DNA from: Caldisericota bacterium
Lineage (GTDB): Bacteria > Caldisericota > Caldisericia > JAAYUI01
Length of the DNA: 64,000 nucleotides
Assembly (NCBI GenBank): GCA_029548865.1
Contig: JAKPMO010000026.1
Span: 68,877-132,876 of the forward strand
Direction: 5' to 3'
Shown one piece after another: positions 28,089 through 39,847 of this stretch; position 1 is the stretch's first letter; the number at the start of each line of letters is the position of its first letter. The notes beneath the pieces are model-generated. The model was not told the DNA's origin, searched no databases, and was given only the letters and a program-made list of their open reading frames with translations. The position numbers and the translations under genes were made by a program.

Positions 28089-30244
28089 TGAAAAAATCGC
28101 TCCTTCTCCTTATCGTTTTCTCTGTTCTTTTTGCCTCCCCGGCAATCGCTGAACCACCTACTGATCCGGGTAATTCAGGCAGGGTGAACTTTATTGGGCG
28201 TGAGCCAATGACGATGAGATGGAAGAAGCATGTGGATTATGAAACAGAAGAGCTACCATGCGCAACTAATGGTAAACACGTTCTTGTTGTTTCTGGCCAA
28301 TATAGCATAGTTTGTCTGGATGCCGATACAGGAAACCAACTATGGAAAAGACAAACAGTTGATTATGTAAAATACACCCCTTGCGTAACATCGACCATGG
28401 GCCTTGTGACCAGCAAGCTTGGTTACATACAGGCCTTTGATCTTGAGAGGGGGGAACAGAAGTTTCTTATCAATCTTGGTTTTGACGAGCTTACAACACC
28501 GGTTATTGGTGAAAACTACGTTTTTCTTAAAGGTCTCAATCACGTTGCCAGAACATCGTCTGCTATGGCCATTGACCTTTATAAAGGCAGAGTTGTTGGG
28601 AGCTATGTTCAATGCGATTATTCCCTGGAGCCGCCAGTTTTGTCCCAAAAAGAAGTTTTTGTAGTGACACCAAACAGGAAAGGTATCCAGGCAATCTCGC
28701 AATCAACTCTCCTTACCATATGGACAAAGAATCTTAATGATGAAGTGACCCATATTTCAACAAGGATGAACCATGTTGTTGCTGTTTGCAGGTCTGGAAA
28801 CGTTTACACAATGGACAATGCTACTGGCAATATAGTTTGGAAGACCAATGTTACGGGCCCGGTAATCTGGCCAGCTACCATTTCAATTGATCATGTCATA
28901 ATTTGTTCAGGATCAAACGTCATTTACTCTTTTAGGCTTTCAGATGGCACCCAGCTTTGGGAAAAACGTTGGCCTGTGACTGTTCAACCTCAATCATCAA
29001 GAGCATATGATATCTTCTGTTTTGGCAAAATGATGAGTTTTCATGATCCAAAAAGTGGCGAAAAACTCTGGCAACTTGAATTGCCATCTGAAACAATAGG
29101 CCAACCGATACCTTTCCTGGACCAAATATTCGCTGCCACAAAATCAAACAAAATTGTTGCCCTCAAAACAGCAGGTTTTGAAATCTCGCTTTCCTCAAAG
29201 AAACTTGATTTGGGAAGTGTTTCTTCAAGTCATCCCTATACCACGTCCCAATTAACAGTGAGGAATAATTCAGGTGAGATTCAGCAGATTTTCACATCAT
29301 CGAGTAACCCATGGATATCAGTTTCGCACAATGGTTTTGAGATTATGCCATTTGATCAGATTGATATAGCCATTGAGCTTGACATGCATTCGTTAACGCT
29401 TGGACAGTCGCAGGGTGAAATTGTTGTTGCCTGGAAAAATGGCTCGATAAAAGTTGACGTCATGGCTAAAAAAATTGGCGATAAGGAAGCTGTGCCTCCA
29501 AAACCAGGTTTTCTTTCGCTTGGTACTACCGAGGCAACCCTTGAGGGTAGATTGAACATGGGTGTTCCACTTGCTTCAATAACACTTTTCAACAAGGGAG
29601 AGCTTCCGGTCTCGTATATTGCAAAATCCGAAGTCCCTTGGGTTGTTATTGGCAGGCCAAATGGCAGGATATATGGCAATACAAGCACATATTTTACTGC
29701 AACAATTATCAATGATCTTGCTTCAGTTGGCGAGAACACTGCAGAAATATATGCAACTTGCCCTGAAACAGGACAATGCTTTACTATTCCACTAAAATAT
29801 ACTAGAAGCCTTGGCAGGACGCATGTCATATTCCAGATGCGCATTGGTTCTTCTGTTGGTCATCTTGGACAATCGAAAATAAGGGTGAGGCCAGAACCAT
29901 TTATTGAAAACAACTCCATCATGGTTCCCCTGGAAATTTTCAAGCTTGCGCTGGACGCAACCCTTGATGTATACGAATACACCTATGAACCAACCTATTA
30001 TGTATTGCAAAGGGGAGACATCAAGATAACACATAGACTTGGTGAGTCAAAGGTTTATGTGCAGGAGGGCGCTGGTGAGATAAATGAAATACTGCTACCG
30101 TGCCCATCAAGACTCATCAATGAGAGGCCGGTTGTACCACTTTTGGGGATTGCAATGGCCCTCAAGGGTGAAATGATTTACTCACAAGCAGACGGCAAAG
30201 TTACTCTTGATGTTTTTCTTCCTGAGCTTCCAACTCAGAAATAA
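28088..30244 (+). CDS. PQQ-type beta-propeller + BACON-like + stalk (Cu amine oxidase N-terminal-like) protein
   Basis: CLDADTGNQLW-type repeats, SNPWISV and EVPWVVI, PFIENNSIMVPL. Confidence 0.8.
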   Translation: MKKSLLLLIVFSVLFASPAIAEPPTDPGNSGRVNFIGREPMTMRWKKHVDYETEELPCATNGKHVLVVSGQYSIVCLDADTGNQLWKRQTVDYVKYTPCVTSTMGLVTSKLGYIQAFDLERGEQKFLINLGFDELTTPVIGENYVFLKGLNHVARTSSAMAIDLYKGRVVGSYVQCDYSLEPPVLSQKEVFVVTPNRKGIQAISQSTLLTIWTKNLNDEVTHISTRMNHVVAVCRSGNVYTMDNATGNIVWKTNVTGPVIWPATISIDHVIICSGSNVIYSFRLSDGTQLWEKRWPVTVQPQSSRAYDIFCFGKMMSFHDPKSGEKLWQLELPSETIGQPIPFLDQIFAATKSNKIVALKTAGFEISLSSKKLDLGSVSSSHPYTTSQLTVRNNSGEIQQIFTSSSNPWISVSHNGFEIMPFDQIDIAIELDMHSLTLGQSQGEIVVAWKNGSIKVDVMAKKIGDKEAVPPKPGFLSLGTTEATLEGRLNMGVPLASITLFNKGELPVSYIAKSEVPWVVIGRPNGRIYGNTSTYFTATIINDLASVGENTAEIYATCPETGQCFTIPLKYTRSLGRTHVIFQMRIGSSVGHLGQSKIRVRPEPFIENNSIMVPLEIFKLALDATLDVYEYTYEPTYYVLQRGDIKITHRLGESKVYVQEGAGEINEILLPCPSRLINERPVVPLLGIAMALKGEMIYSQADGKVTLDVFLPELPTQK

Positions 30245-33233
30245 ATGTCTGGATTGCTTCTTCGCTAGTATCGTCATCGACTATCTTTAATTTTCTCCCG
30301 CCAGCCTTTTTTTGCGTCTTTGCTTCTTCAAATGGTCTGACTGGCAGTTGAACTGGCGTTGTATGCTCTTTTCTTCTTGTTTTCCCGATGCTTGTTTTTG
30401 GAAGAACTTTTTTCAGATATTCACCGGTATATGAACCTTCGATTGCGGCAACTTCTTCAGGTGCACCGAATGCAATGAGCTTTCCGCCAGCATCTCCACC
30501 ATCAGGGCCAAGATCAATGATGTAATCAGCAGATTTAATAACATCAAGATTGTGCTCAATTATAAGCACTGTGTTGCCCTTGTCGACCAATCTGTTGAGG
30601 ACCTCTATGAGCATGTGAGTATCCGCCATGTGAAGGCCGGTGGTTGGTTCATCGAGGATATAAAGTGTCCTGCCTGTCCCCCTCTTGGACAATTCGCTTG
30701 AGAGTTTGACCCTCTGGGCTTCTCCTCCGGAGAGTGTTGTTGCCGATTGGCCAAGTTTGATGTAGCCAAGACCAACATCTCTCAGTACATGGAGCTTGTT
30801 TTTTATTGATGGTATACTTTCAAACATCTCGTATGCTTCATCAACCGAGAGGTCGAGTACTTCTGCGATGTTTTTGCCCTTATACTTGATTTCCAGTGTC
30901 TCCCTGTTGAACCTTTTGCCCTTGCAAACTTCACATGGCACATAAACGTCAGGAAGAAATTGCATCTCTATTTTGATCATTCCGTCGCCTTCACAGGCCT
31001 CGCACCTTCCGCCCTTCACATTGAACGAGAACCTTCCTGCCTCATACCCCCTCGCTTTGGATTCGGGTAATTTTGCAAAGAGTTCTCTGAGGTAGGTGAA
31101 GAGCCCTGTATATGTAGCTGGGTTTGATCTTGGCGTTCTACCTATCGGTGACTGGTCAACAATGATGACCTTATCGAGATTGCGGATTCCTTCTATTTTT
31201 TCGCACTTGCCTGGCATTTCCCTTGAAGCATAGAATTCTTTTGCGAGACTGGCATACAGGATGTCATTTACAAGTGTACTTTTCCCTGATCCGGAAACGC
31301 CTGTTACAACGGTCAGGGTCCCAAGTGGTATTGTTATGTCGTTCCCTTTAAGGTTGTGTTCTGTGGGGTTGACGATCTTTATGGATCTTCCGTCACCAGA
31401 CCTTCTTTCATCTGGAATTTCCACCTTTTTTTTGCCGGACAGATACATACCAGTTTCTGATATGGGAACTTTGCAGATTTCTGATACGCTTCCAGTTCCA
31501 ACAACGTGACCGCCGTTTACTCCGGCGCCAGGACCAATATCAACGATAAAGTCGGCTTCCCTTATTGTTTCCTCGTCATGCTCTACAACAATTAATGTAT
31601 TACCAAGATCTCTCAATCTTTTGAGGGCAGAAAGCAGTTTGCTATTGTCTTTTGAATGGAGTCCAATTGACGGTTCGTCAAGAACATAAAGAACACCACT
31701 AAGACTGGAACCTATTTGTGTTGCCAGCCTCAACCTTTGGGCCTCGCCTCCAGAGAGTGTTGCCGACCCCCTGTCGAGACTCAAATAAGCCAACCCGACA
31801 TCAAGAAGAAAGTTGAGCCTGGATTTTATTTCTTTGACTACCTGTTTGGAAATGGCCATGTTTTTTTCTGAAAGTTTCAGCATTTCAAAAAAATTGAATG
31901 CTTTGTCTATTGGCCATGAGGCAATTTCTGCAATATTCTTCCCGCTGACCTTTACTGATAATGCTTCTGGTTTGAGTCTTTTTCCTCCACATACCGGGCA
32001 GGGGACCTCAATCATAAGCTCTTCATAGGCCTGGCGCATGCCATCACTTTGTGTCTGTTTGTGTCTGCGCTGTATTGAGGGGATGATTCCCTCAAAGTTG
32101 ATATTGTAGCTGAATGTTCCACGCTCACTTGTGAGCTGGACCTTTATTTTCTTTTTTGTTGCCCCCCCATAAAGAATTTCCTTTTTGATTTTTTCAGGGA
32201 GATCTTTCCATGGCTTGAATGGGTCTGCCCCAAGAGCCTCTGCAACTTGTTTGATTATGGCCACCGAGTAGCTGTCGGTTGATGCAAAACCCGGCGCTTT
32301 TATCGCACCCTCGACTATTGAATAGTTTGGGTTTGGAATCAGCAGATCTTCTGAGATTTCGAGTCTTCTCCCCAAGCCATCGCAGACTGGGCAGGCACCA
32401 AATGGAGAGTTGAACGAAAAAAGCCTTGGTTCGATCTCTTCAATTGCGACGCCACAATCCGGGCAGGCAAAGTTTTCAGAAAAGGTGAGCTCCATAGGTT
32501 CGTCATCTTTTGACTTCTGAACAAGCACTCTGAGAACACCCTCCCCAAGTTTCAGCGAGGTTTCAAGTGAGTCGGCAAGTCTTGTTTTTGATTCTTCCTC
32601 AATCAGGACACGGTCTATGACCACTTCCAGGGTGTGGCGCTCGTTTTTGTCCATTTTTATTGACTGGTCAAGGTCAACGGTTAACCCATCGATGCGCATC
32701 TTTGTGTATCCTGATTTGCGCATCTTCTCGATCTGCTCTTTGTATTCACCCTTGCGGTGTCTTGCTATTGGTGCAAGTATGGTGGCCCTGAATCCAGGAT
32801 AATCGCTCATGAGCGTATCTACCATCTGCTGGACAGTTTGCTTCTGGATTGGTTTTCCGCATTTGGGACAATGTGGTGTACCTACCCTGGCCATAAAAAG
32901 CCTTAGGTAGTCGTAAATTTCTGTCATTGTGCCAACTGTTGAACGTGGGTTTCTTGATCCTGTTTTCTGGTCGATAGAAATCGCTGGCGAAAGTCCTTCA
33001 ATATAGTCCACATCGGGTTTTTCCATCATCCCTATAAATTGTCTTGCATAGGCGGAGAGTGACTCGACGTATCTGCGCTGTCCTTCAGCGTAGAGCGTAT
33101 CAAATGCAAGACTGGACTTTCCAGAACCAGAAAGACCTGTGACAACAATTAGGCTGTTTTTGGGGAGGGTGAGGTCAATGTTTTTAAGGTTGTGCACCCT
33201 AGCACCCTTGATGAAGATGTATGATTGTTCCAT
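30201..33233 (-). CDS. uvrA: Excinuclease ABC subunit A
   Basis: [22 protein letters not shown], two LSGGEAQR motifs, Zn fingers. Confidence 0.98.
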   Translation of the reverse strand: MEQSYIFIKGARVHNLKNIDLTLPKNSLIVVTGLSGSGKSSLAFDTLYAEGQRRYVESLSAYARQFIGMMEKPDVDYIEGLSPAISIDQKTGSRNPRSTVGTMTEIYDYLRLFMARVGTPHCPKCGKPIQKQTVQQMVDTLMSDYPGFRATILAPIARHRKGEYKEQIEKMRKSGYTKMRIDGLTVDLDQSIKMDKNERHTLEVVIDRVLIEEESKTRLADSLETSLKLGEGVLRVLVQKSKDDEPMELTFSENFACPDCGVAIEEIEPRLFSFNSPFGACPVCDGLGRRLEISEDLLIPNPNYSIVEGAIKAPGFASTDSYSVAIIKQVAEALGADPFKPWKDLPEKIKKEILYGGATKKKIKVQLTSERGTFSYNINFEGIIPSIQRRHKQTQSDGMRQAYEELMIEVPCPVCGGKRLKPEALSVKVSGKNIAEIASWPIDKAFNFFEMLKLSEKNMAISKQVVKEIKSRLNFLLDVGLAYLSLDRGSATLSGGEAQRLRLATQIGSSLSGVLYVLDEPSIGLHSKDNSKLLSALKRLRDLGNTLIVVEHDEETIREADFIVDIGPGAGVNGGHVVGTGSVSEICKVPISETGMYLSGKKKVEIPDERRSGDGRSIKIVNPTEHNLKGNDITIPLGTLTVVTGVSGSGKSTLVNDILYASLAKEFYASREMPGKCEKIEGIRNLDKVIIVDQSPIGRTPRSNPATYTGLFTYLRELFAKLPESKARGYEAGRFSFNVKGGRCEACEGDGMIKIEMQFLPDVYVPCEVCKGKRFNRETLEIKYKGKNIAEVLDLSVDEAYEMFESIPSIKNKLHVLRDVGLGYIKLGQSATTLSGGEAQRVKLSSELSKRGTGRTLYILDEPTTGLHMADTHMLIEVLNRLVDKGNTVLIIEHNLDVIKSADYIIDLGPDGGDAGGKLIAFGAPEEVAAIEGSYTGEYLKKVLPKTSIGKTRRKEHTTPVQLPVRPFEEAKTQKKAGGRKLKIVDDDTSEEAIQTFISELEAQEEKHQE

Positions 33234-33248
33234 TAAAAAACCTGATTT

Positions 33249-34877
<1,629 letters not shown>

Positions 34878-34913
34878 TCACCTCTCGTACTTTTATACAT
34901 TCTTCCGGAAAGT

Positions 34914-34928
34914 GGTCAACGGTTGACC
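34914..34928. promoter_or_regulatory. Back-to-back TTGACC -35 boxes of divergent promoters
   Basis: GGTCAAC-G-GTTGACC; TAAATT lies 17 nt downstream on + and TATAAA 16 nt downstream on -. Confidence 0.5.
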
Positions 34929-34960
34929 GCCGACTTTTTTGAACTTAAATTCTTAATAGA

Positions 34961-35689
34961 ATGAAGAAGATTCCCCTTCTACTTGTTGCGCTATCTTTCT
35001 TGCTCTCGTCCTGTGGCAGGGACCCTGTTCCGGCCAACGAAGCACTTGCTTCAATGAGGCTCTCGTATGAGACCGCAATCGAGGTTGCAAGGCAAAATCT
35101 TGAGATCATTGGTTCCGATTTCAGAATAACCCGTACAAATATAGATGAAAACACTATTGTTTGCAACCGTCCTATCCCAAGATCCATTGTGCAGGCATAT
35201 GGTCAGCAAAGGGCAAAAAAGATGATGCTGGGCGTTTGTCTCATTGATCAGAAACTTGCACCAACAACGCCACCTGGAAGGTTACCAATTGAAGGTTCAC
35301 CACAATTTGACTATGACGACGAGCTCCTGGCCAAATACAGGGAAGGACTTATCTTCCCAAAAGCCATGCTGGATGCTGTTGGTGATGTCCCCACAGAACC
35401 CATACTGCCGTTTGAGAGAAAAGACGCTGAAGAAGCGCTTGCCATTAATTATTCAACTTTTGCCACCAATCTCGACAAAATAATCTCACAGGCGGAAAAA
35501 GATGGGGTCGATAGCGGGCTTATTGATGCCTTCAAGAAAGCCAAGAACTCCCTTTTGAGCTCGCTTTCCAGGTATCAGAAGGCAAAAGATGGCGCCACCC
35601 TCGACAAGGATTCATTCGATCTTGCAGCTGGAGGATTCATATATCCAATTTATGAAGATATATTTGGAGAAAAACCACCTACTCCCTGA
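34961..35689 (+). CDS. Hypothetical lipoprotein
   Basis: MKK + hydrophobic stretch + LSSC lipobox. Confidence 0.75.
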   Translation: MKKIPLLLVALSFLLSSCGRDPVPANEALASMRLSYETAIEVARQNLEIIGSDFRITRTNIDENTIVCNRPIPRSIVQAYGQQRAKKMMLGVCLIDQKLAPTTPPGRLPIEGSPQFDYDDELLAKYREGLIFPKAMLDAVGDVPTEPILPFERKDAEEALAINYSTFATNLDKIISQAEKDGVDSGLIDAFKKAKNSLLSSLSRYQKAKDGATLDKDSFDLAAGGFIYPIYEDIFGEKPPTP

Positions 35690-37259
35690 TGACCAAGTCT
35701 ATATCAATATTTGATTTGAGCGTTACTTTAAAATCCTGTGGCCCCATGTCCTGACGGAAAATCCTTATTGTGTAATATCCGGTTGGGACTGTGTAGACAA
35801 ATTTTTCCGTGAAGGCAGTTCCTTCCACTGCATTCCCACTGGCATCAAGCAACTGCAATTTTCTTTTTACTGGTTTGCCCAGCTGGTCCAGTATCTGGCC
35901 AGACAATGATACCTTCTGATCTGATTCCACAATAAAATCAACCTTTTGGAAATTGTCCTTGAGCTCTACAAGCTTTTTCTGATTTTTTCCGTAACTCACC
36001 AGATATTTGCCTTTTGGAAGCACTCTGAAGAATTTTCCTGTTCCTGGGTCTATTTTTAGTGATTGATCCAGCCCTGGGATTGTTATTTTTGCTTGGACAG
36101 GATTTTTGAAAATATCGGTCACCTTGCCATAAAGTATGCCGAATTCCTTGGGTGATTCTTCCATGAGATAGAAGTTGAATTCCATCACCTGGTTTATTGT
36201 CGGTTCTATCATTGTATCGGGTGGAGCGAAAGCGTCTTTTGTCTCGCCCATTTCGATCGTAAATGCGGGAGTTCCGAACTCGGCAAAAAGAAAATCTGTG
36301 CAATCACCGGATGATTCATAGAGGCCGGAAGCCTGCATTGGTATGTAGTCGTACTTGTCGGAAAGCGGCTTTTCCTTGTAATCGTTGTCGTTTGGTGACC
36401 CGGAGATTTTCGCCATTCCTTCGGCCAGTTTTGCCAGTTTGGCATCAAAGGATGTTTTTGTTTTTGTGTATCCCCAAGGATAGAGAATCAGCTCTCCAAA
36501 AGTGTGGTACGTAAGACAGCCGATGATGGGTATTTCTTCCGAAAGTGCTTTTATGATTGAAGTTTCGTTCTCAGAAAAAGGTTTGTTGCCATGGTAGGTT
36601 TCGTCAGAAGGATCTCCGGAAGCTCCCTGTTCACTCCATTTGTATCCATAGTTGCGGTTCAGGTCTACGCCTACTGACCCACCCTGCTGTTTTGTCCTGT
36701 TTTTTCTCCAAAGCCTGTTTTCTTTGACTGAATAGGAGTGGCCGTCGGGATTTACCATGGGGATGACCCAGATGTCATAGTTCGCCAGATATTTGTCAAT
36801 TCTTTTGTCATTGCCTGGATTTTCGGCCAAAATGTGGGCAAGCCTGAGAGGAACCTCAACACTCATCCATTCCCTTGCATGGTGGCAACCCATAAAAAGA
36901 AATGCTGGAGAGGGTTTTTCTGGCTGGAATCTCAAGGCCATGATATCGCGGCCCTCGATTGTTTGCCCAAGCGACACCGTGTGACATTTTGAAGGATATT
37001 TTTCCGACAGGTCATTTAGCTCATCAAAGACCATTTCATATGAATGAAATTTGCCCAGTTCTGTTTGTTCGTAGATGGTTTTGATGGTTTCGGCATCTTG
37101 TGGGAGTGTCTTGTCGAGGCAGTAATATTTTCCTCCCTCAACGTGCAGGAGCACTTCACCATGCGGTTCATCAGACTCGAAATAGTATGATTTTTCCCTT
37201 ATTGTCGAGCCTGTTGCCAGCAAGACAAAGAGTAGTGAAAATGCTAGGAATTTTTTCAA
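35679..37259 (-). CDS. Secreted M14 zinc carboxypeptidase (carboxypeptidase T-like)
   Basis: HHAREW, NPDG, WRKNR, DLNRNY, YHTFG, FTIEM. Confidence 0.9.
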   Translation of the reverse strand: MKKFLAFSLLFVLLATGSTIREKSYYFESDEPHGEVLLHVEGGKYYCLDKTLPQDAETIKTIYEQTELGKFHSYEMVFDELNDLSEKYPSKCHTVSLGQTIEGRDIMALRFQPEKPSPAFLFMGCHHAREWMSVEVPLRLAHILAENPGNDKRIDKYLANYDIWVIPMVNPDGHSYSVKENRLWRKNRTKQQGGSVGVDLNRNYGYKWSEQGASGDPSDETYHGNKPFSENETSIIKALSEEIPIIGCLTYHTFGELILYPWGYTKTKTSFDAKLAKLAEGMAKISGSPNDNDYKEKPLSDKYDYIPMQASGLYESSGDCTDFLFAEFGTPAFTIEMGETKDAFAPPDTMIEPTINQVMEFNFYLMEESPKEFGILYGKVTDIFKNPVQAKITIPGLDQSLKIDPGTGKFFRVLPKGKYLVSYGKNQKKLVELKDNFQKVDFIVESDQKVSLSGQILDQLGKPVKRKLQLLDASGNAVEGTAFTEKFVYTVPTGYYTIRIFRQDMGPQDFKVTLKSNIDIDLVIRE

Positions 37260-38647
37260 GGGCCCCTCAAGATTGGGGTACCGGTCTTGGTGCCGTATGG
37301 CAAGCTTTCCCTGATTTCACCATTGATGGACAAAAGAACGGCAGAATTCTTGTCTAGTTCTGTGATTGTCATCACAAGCTGTCTGACCATTGTTGCCTCG
37401 TAACTGGCGTCCTGAATTGCTTTTGTGTCGAGATTCAGATCAACAAGATAATGATCGCCTTCTTTTTTTATGGAGTTGAGTTTTGTTTCACCCGGGATGC
37501 AAGTGCCAATCGAGAAGTCCCTCTCGTCGGCATTTGTTCCCTGTAACAATAAATTTACAACCTGCTGGATTGGATCGGCATCAATCCTTATGCTCCTTAT
37601 CCTTGGCACCGGCAGGTAAATGCCGTCACCCATGTCCACCGACAGGAACACAAGAACGGCCTTGCCGCCTTCTTTTACATTCTCGTCGAAAAGCACCTGG
37701 TCCATTCTTTCGATTGGGTCAAATGTTGAAATGTGACCGCCAAGCGTGTCTGCGGTTTTGCCTGCAACAAGGACCTTAACTTTTCTTACACCCGGAATCT
37801 CTGTCAACGTCCAGACAAGAGACTGCATCATTGCAAGCTCTCCATCTGCCCCCGTGTTCTGGTTTCTTGCTTCAATCGACAGGTTGATGGTGAGCATTCC
37901 TTCGGCTAGTTTTACCGAAAGGACTTTCGTGGATGGTGGGAAAACGTTTGTCAAGTACGGTGATTGTGGCCCCTGAATGAGTCTTTTTGCAACAAGCCCG
38001 GCAAATGTGGCAGGATCAAGAACGTTTCTGACCTTTGCCGTTTCGACTGCTATGTATTTTGATTCCAGGTCCGGGAAATACAGATAGCAGTCCCTGGTGT
38101 TTTTGTTTTCCTCCAGGAGTTGTGTAAATTGCCCTGAGGCATCAAAAGAGCTCTGGAAAAATGTTGGTTTTGTTCCATCAATCAAGAATTCTACTGCGTT
38201 TATACCTTTTATGGAGGTCAAAGTATTGATGATGGAGTAGATTGCCATCTTTTCCGGAACATCGGAAGATATTCGGGTTTGTATCTCTTTGCTCAGGTTG
38301 ACTGTCGCAACTCCGCCCTCGGTTTTTAACCAGATAAGTTTTGTTCTGGGATTTAACGTCGCTCTGACGTGTTCGCCTGGCTGCGGCCCTTTTATTAGTT
38401 CCAGAACGGCATTTGTTGCCAAATCTGGCTGGGAGCTTATCTTGCGTTCAATAGGGGTGAGTGTGCCAAGTATATCATCATAAAAATACAAGGAAGTGTT
38501 ATTGTTCCCGCCTCCGGACCTGAACAAACACCCAAACCCTGTCCAGAGGACCCACAGAACAAGAAATGCTGCACCCAAAAGGAGCACAAGCCTGACAAAT
38601 GCCCTTATCAGTCTTGCCCTGGCCTTCTTTTTCTTTGATTTGCCCAT
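37256..38647 (-). CDS. Membrane-anchored protein with three GerMN domains
   Basis: Three repeats: ELIKGP...INTLTS, RLIQGP...VWTLTE, LLLQGT...VMTITE. Confidence 0.85.
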   Translation of the reverse strand: MGKSKKKKARARLIRAFVRLVLLLGAAFLVLWVLWTGFGCLFRSGGGNNNTSLYFYDDILGTLTPIERKISSQPDLATNAVLELIKGPQPGEHVRATLNPRTKLIWLKTEGGVATVNLSKEIQTRISSDVPEKMAIYSIINTLTSIKGINAVEFLIDGTKPTFFQSSFDASGQFTQLLEENKNTRDCYLYFPDLESKYIAVETAKVRNVLDPATFAGLVAKRLIQGPQSPYLTNVFPPSTKVLSVKLAEGMLTINLSIEARNQNTGADGELAMMQSLVWTLTEIPGVRKVKVLVAGKTADTLGGHISTFDPIERMDQVLFDENVKEGGKAVLVFLSVDMGDGIYLPVPRIRSIRIDADPIQQVVNLLLQGTNADERDFSIGTCIPGETKLNSIKKEGDHYLVDLNLDTKAIQDASYEATMVRQLVMTITELDKNSAVLLSINGEIRESLPYGTKTGTPILRGP

Positions 38648-38655
38648 TGCTTGGT

Positions 38656-38707
38656 ATTTTACGCTTTGCTCCTTAAGGTTGCAACGCTTTCGATTGGATT
38701 ATATCAT
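38656..38707. promoter_or_regulatory. Divergent promoter pair sharing the palindromic -35 TTGCAA
   Basis: TTGCAA 38679-38684; TATCAT 17 nt away on +, TAAAAT 17 nt away on -. Confidence 0.6.
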
Positions 38708-38713
38708 AAAGAC

Positions 38714-39841
38714 ATGATAAACCTGATACTCCACAATCCGACCAAGATAATATTTGGTGTTGGTGTATTGTCTCAACTTGCTACTGAAGCTTCAAAAATA
38801 GGCAAACATCCACTTGTGATGTATGGAAAATCGTCTGCCAAAACCTCAGGGCTCTCTGATAAAGTAAAATCCATGCTTTCTTCCAGTGGGCTTAAAGTAA
38901 CTGAGTTCTTTGGTGTTGAGCCAAACCCAAGGGACGACACTTGCGATAGAGCCGCAAGCCTTGGCAGACAAGCCGGTTGCGATGCAGTCATAGCTGTTGG
39001 TGGCGGTTCTGTCATGGATGCGGCAAAACTGACATCAGCGTGCATTGTTTCAGGAAAACCAACCTGGGACTATGTCACGAGGGTGTATCCTGTAGAAAAA
39101 GCTTTGCCAATAATCATGGTGCCGACTCTTGCGGCAACGGGCTCTGATTTCAATAGCGGTGCGGTAATAACCAACTGGACAATGAAGCAGAAGTTTGGGG
39201 CCTATTCGCCACTGTTTTTTCCTACTGTTTCAATAATAGACCCTGTTTTAACTACAACGTGTAATCGTAATGTGACGGCTTGGGGTGGTGTGGACATAAT
39301 GATACACGTTCTTGAAACATACCTTGGAACGAATGATGCCCATTGCCCCATACCTGACTACTTTAGCGAGGGCATCGTAAAAACAGTCATGAAGTACCTT
39401 CCTCTTGCACTTGCTGACGGAAATGATATTGTAGCAAGAACTCAGCTTTCATGGGCTTCTGCGGTTGCACTCTCCGGAATGCCAAATGGTGGAAGGCCCG
39501 GTGGCTTTCTGCTCCATTGGATGGAGCATGTAATGTCAGCACACTTTGACATTCCGCATGGTCTTGGGCTGGCTTATCTGCTTGTTCCCACACTCTCATA
39601 TTTCAAGGAGAATTTCCCGGAAAGACACTATATGTTCACAAACAACCTCATGCCTGACCCGGCAGGATTCCTTGAAAGCATTGGCTGTGACACAACGCTT
39701 GAGAAGCTTGGCATCCCTGGATCATCAGTCCCAACCATGGTTGACGACCTTTTTGTGCAGAAAGGCAAAGGGGACGAAATGCCAGGTTATCCTAGTTTTG
39801 ATAAAAAATGGGCTGAAAAGATATACAAAGGGAGATTTTAA
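38714..39841 (+). CDS. Iron-containing alcohol dehydrogenase (butanol dehydrogenase/YqhD-like)
   Basis: NPTKIIFG, VEPNP, GGGSVMD, TLAATGSD, metal His residues; start reassigned to ATG 38714. Confidence 0.9.
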   Translation: MINLILHNPTKIIFGVGVLSQLATEASKIGKHPLVMYGKSSAKTSGLSDKVKSMLSSSGLKVTEFFGVEPNPRDDTCDRAASLGRQAGCDAVIAVGGGSVMDAAKLTSACIVSGKPTWDYVTRVYPVEKALPIIMVPTLAATGSDFNSGAVITNWTMKQKFGAYSPLFFPTVSIIDPVLTTTCNRNVTAWGGVDIMIHVLETYLGTNDAHCPIPDYFSEGIVKTVMKYLPLALADGNDIVARTQLSWASAVALSGMPNGGRPGGFLLHWMEHVMSAHFDIPHGLGLAYLLVPTLSYFKENFPERHYMFTNNLMPDPAGFLESIGCDTTLEKLGIPGSSVPTMVDDLFVQKGKGDEMPGYPSFDKKWAEKIYKGRF

Positions 39842-39847
39842 GTTCTG

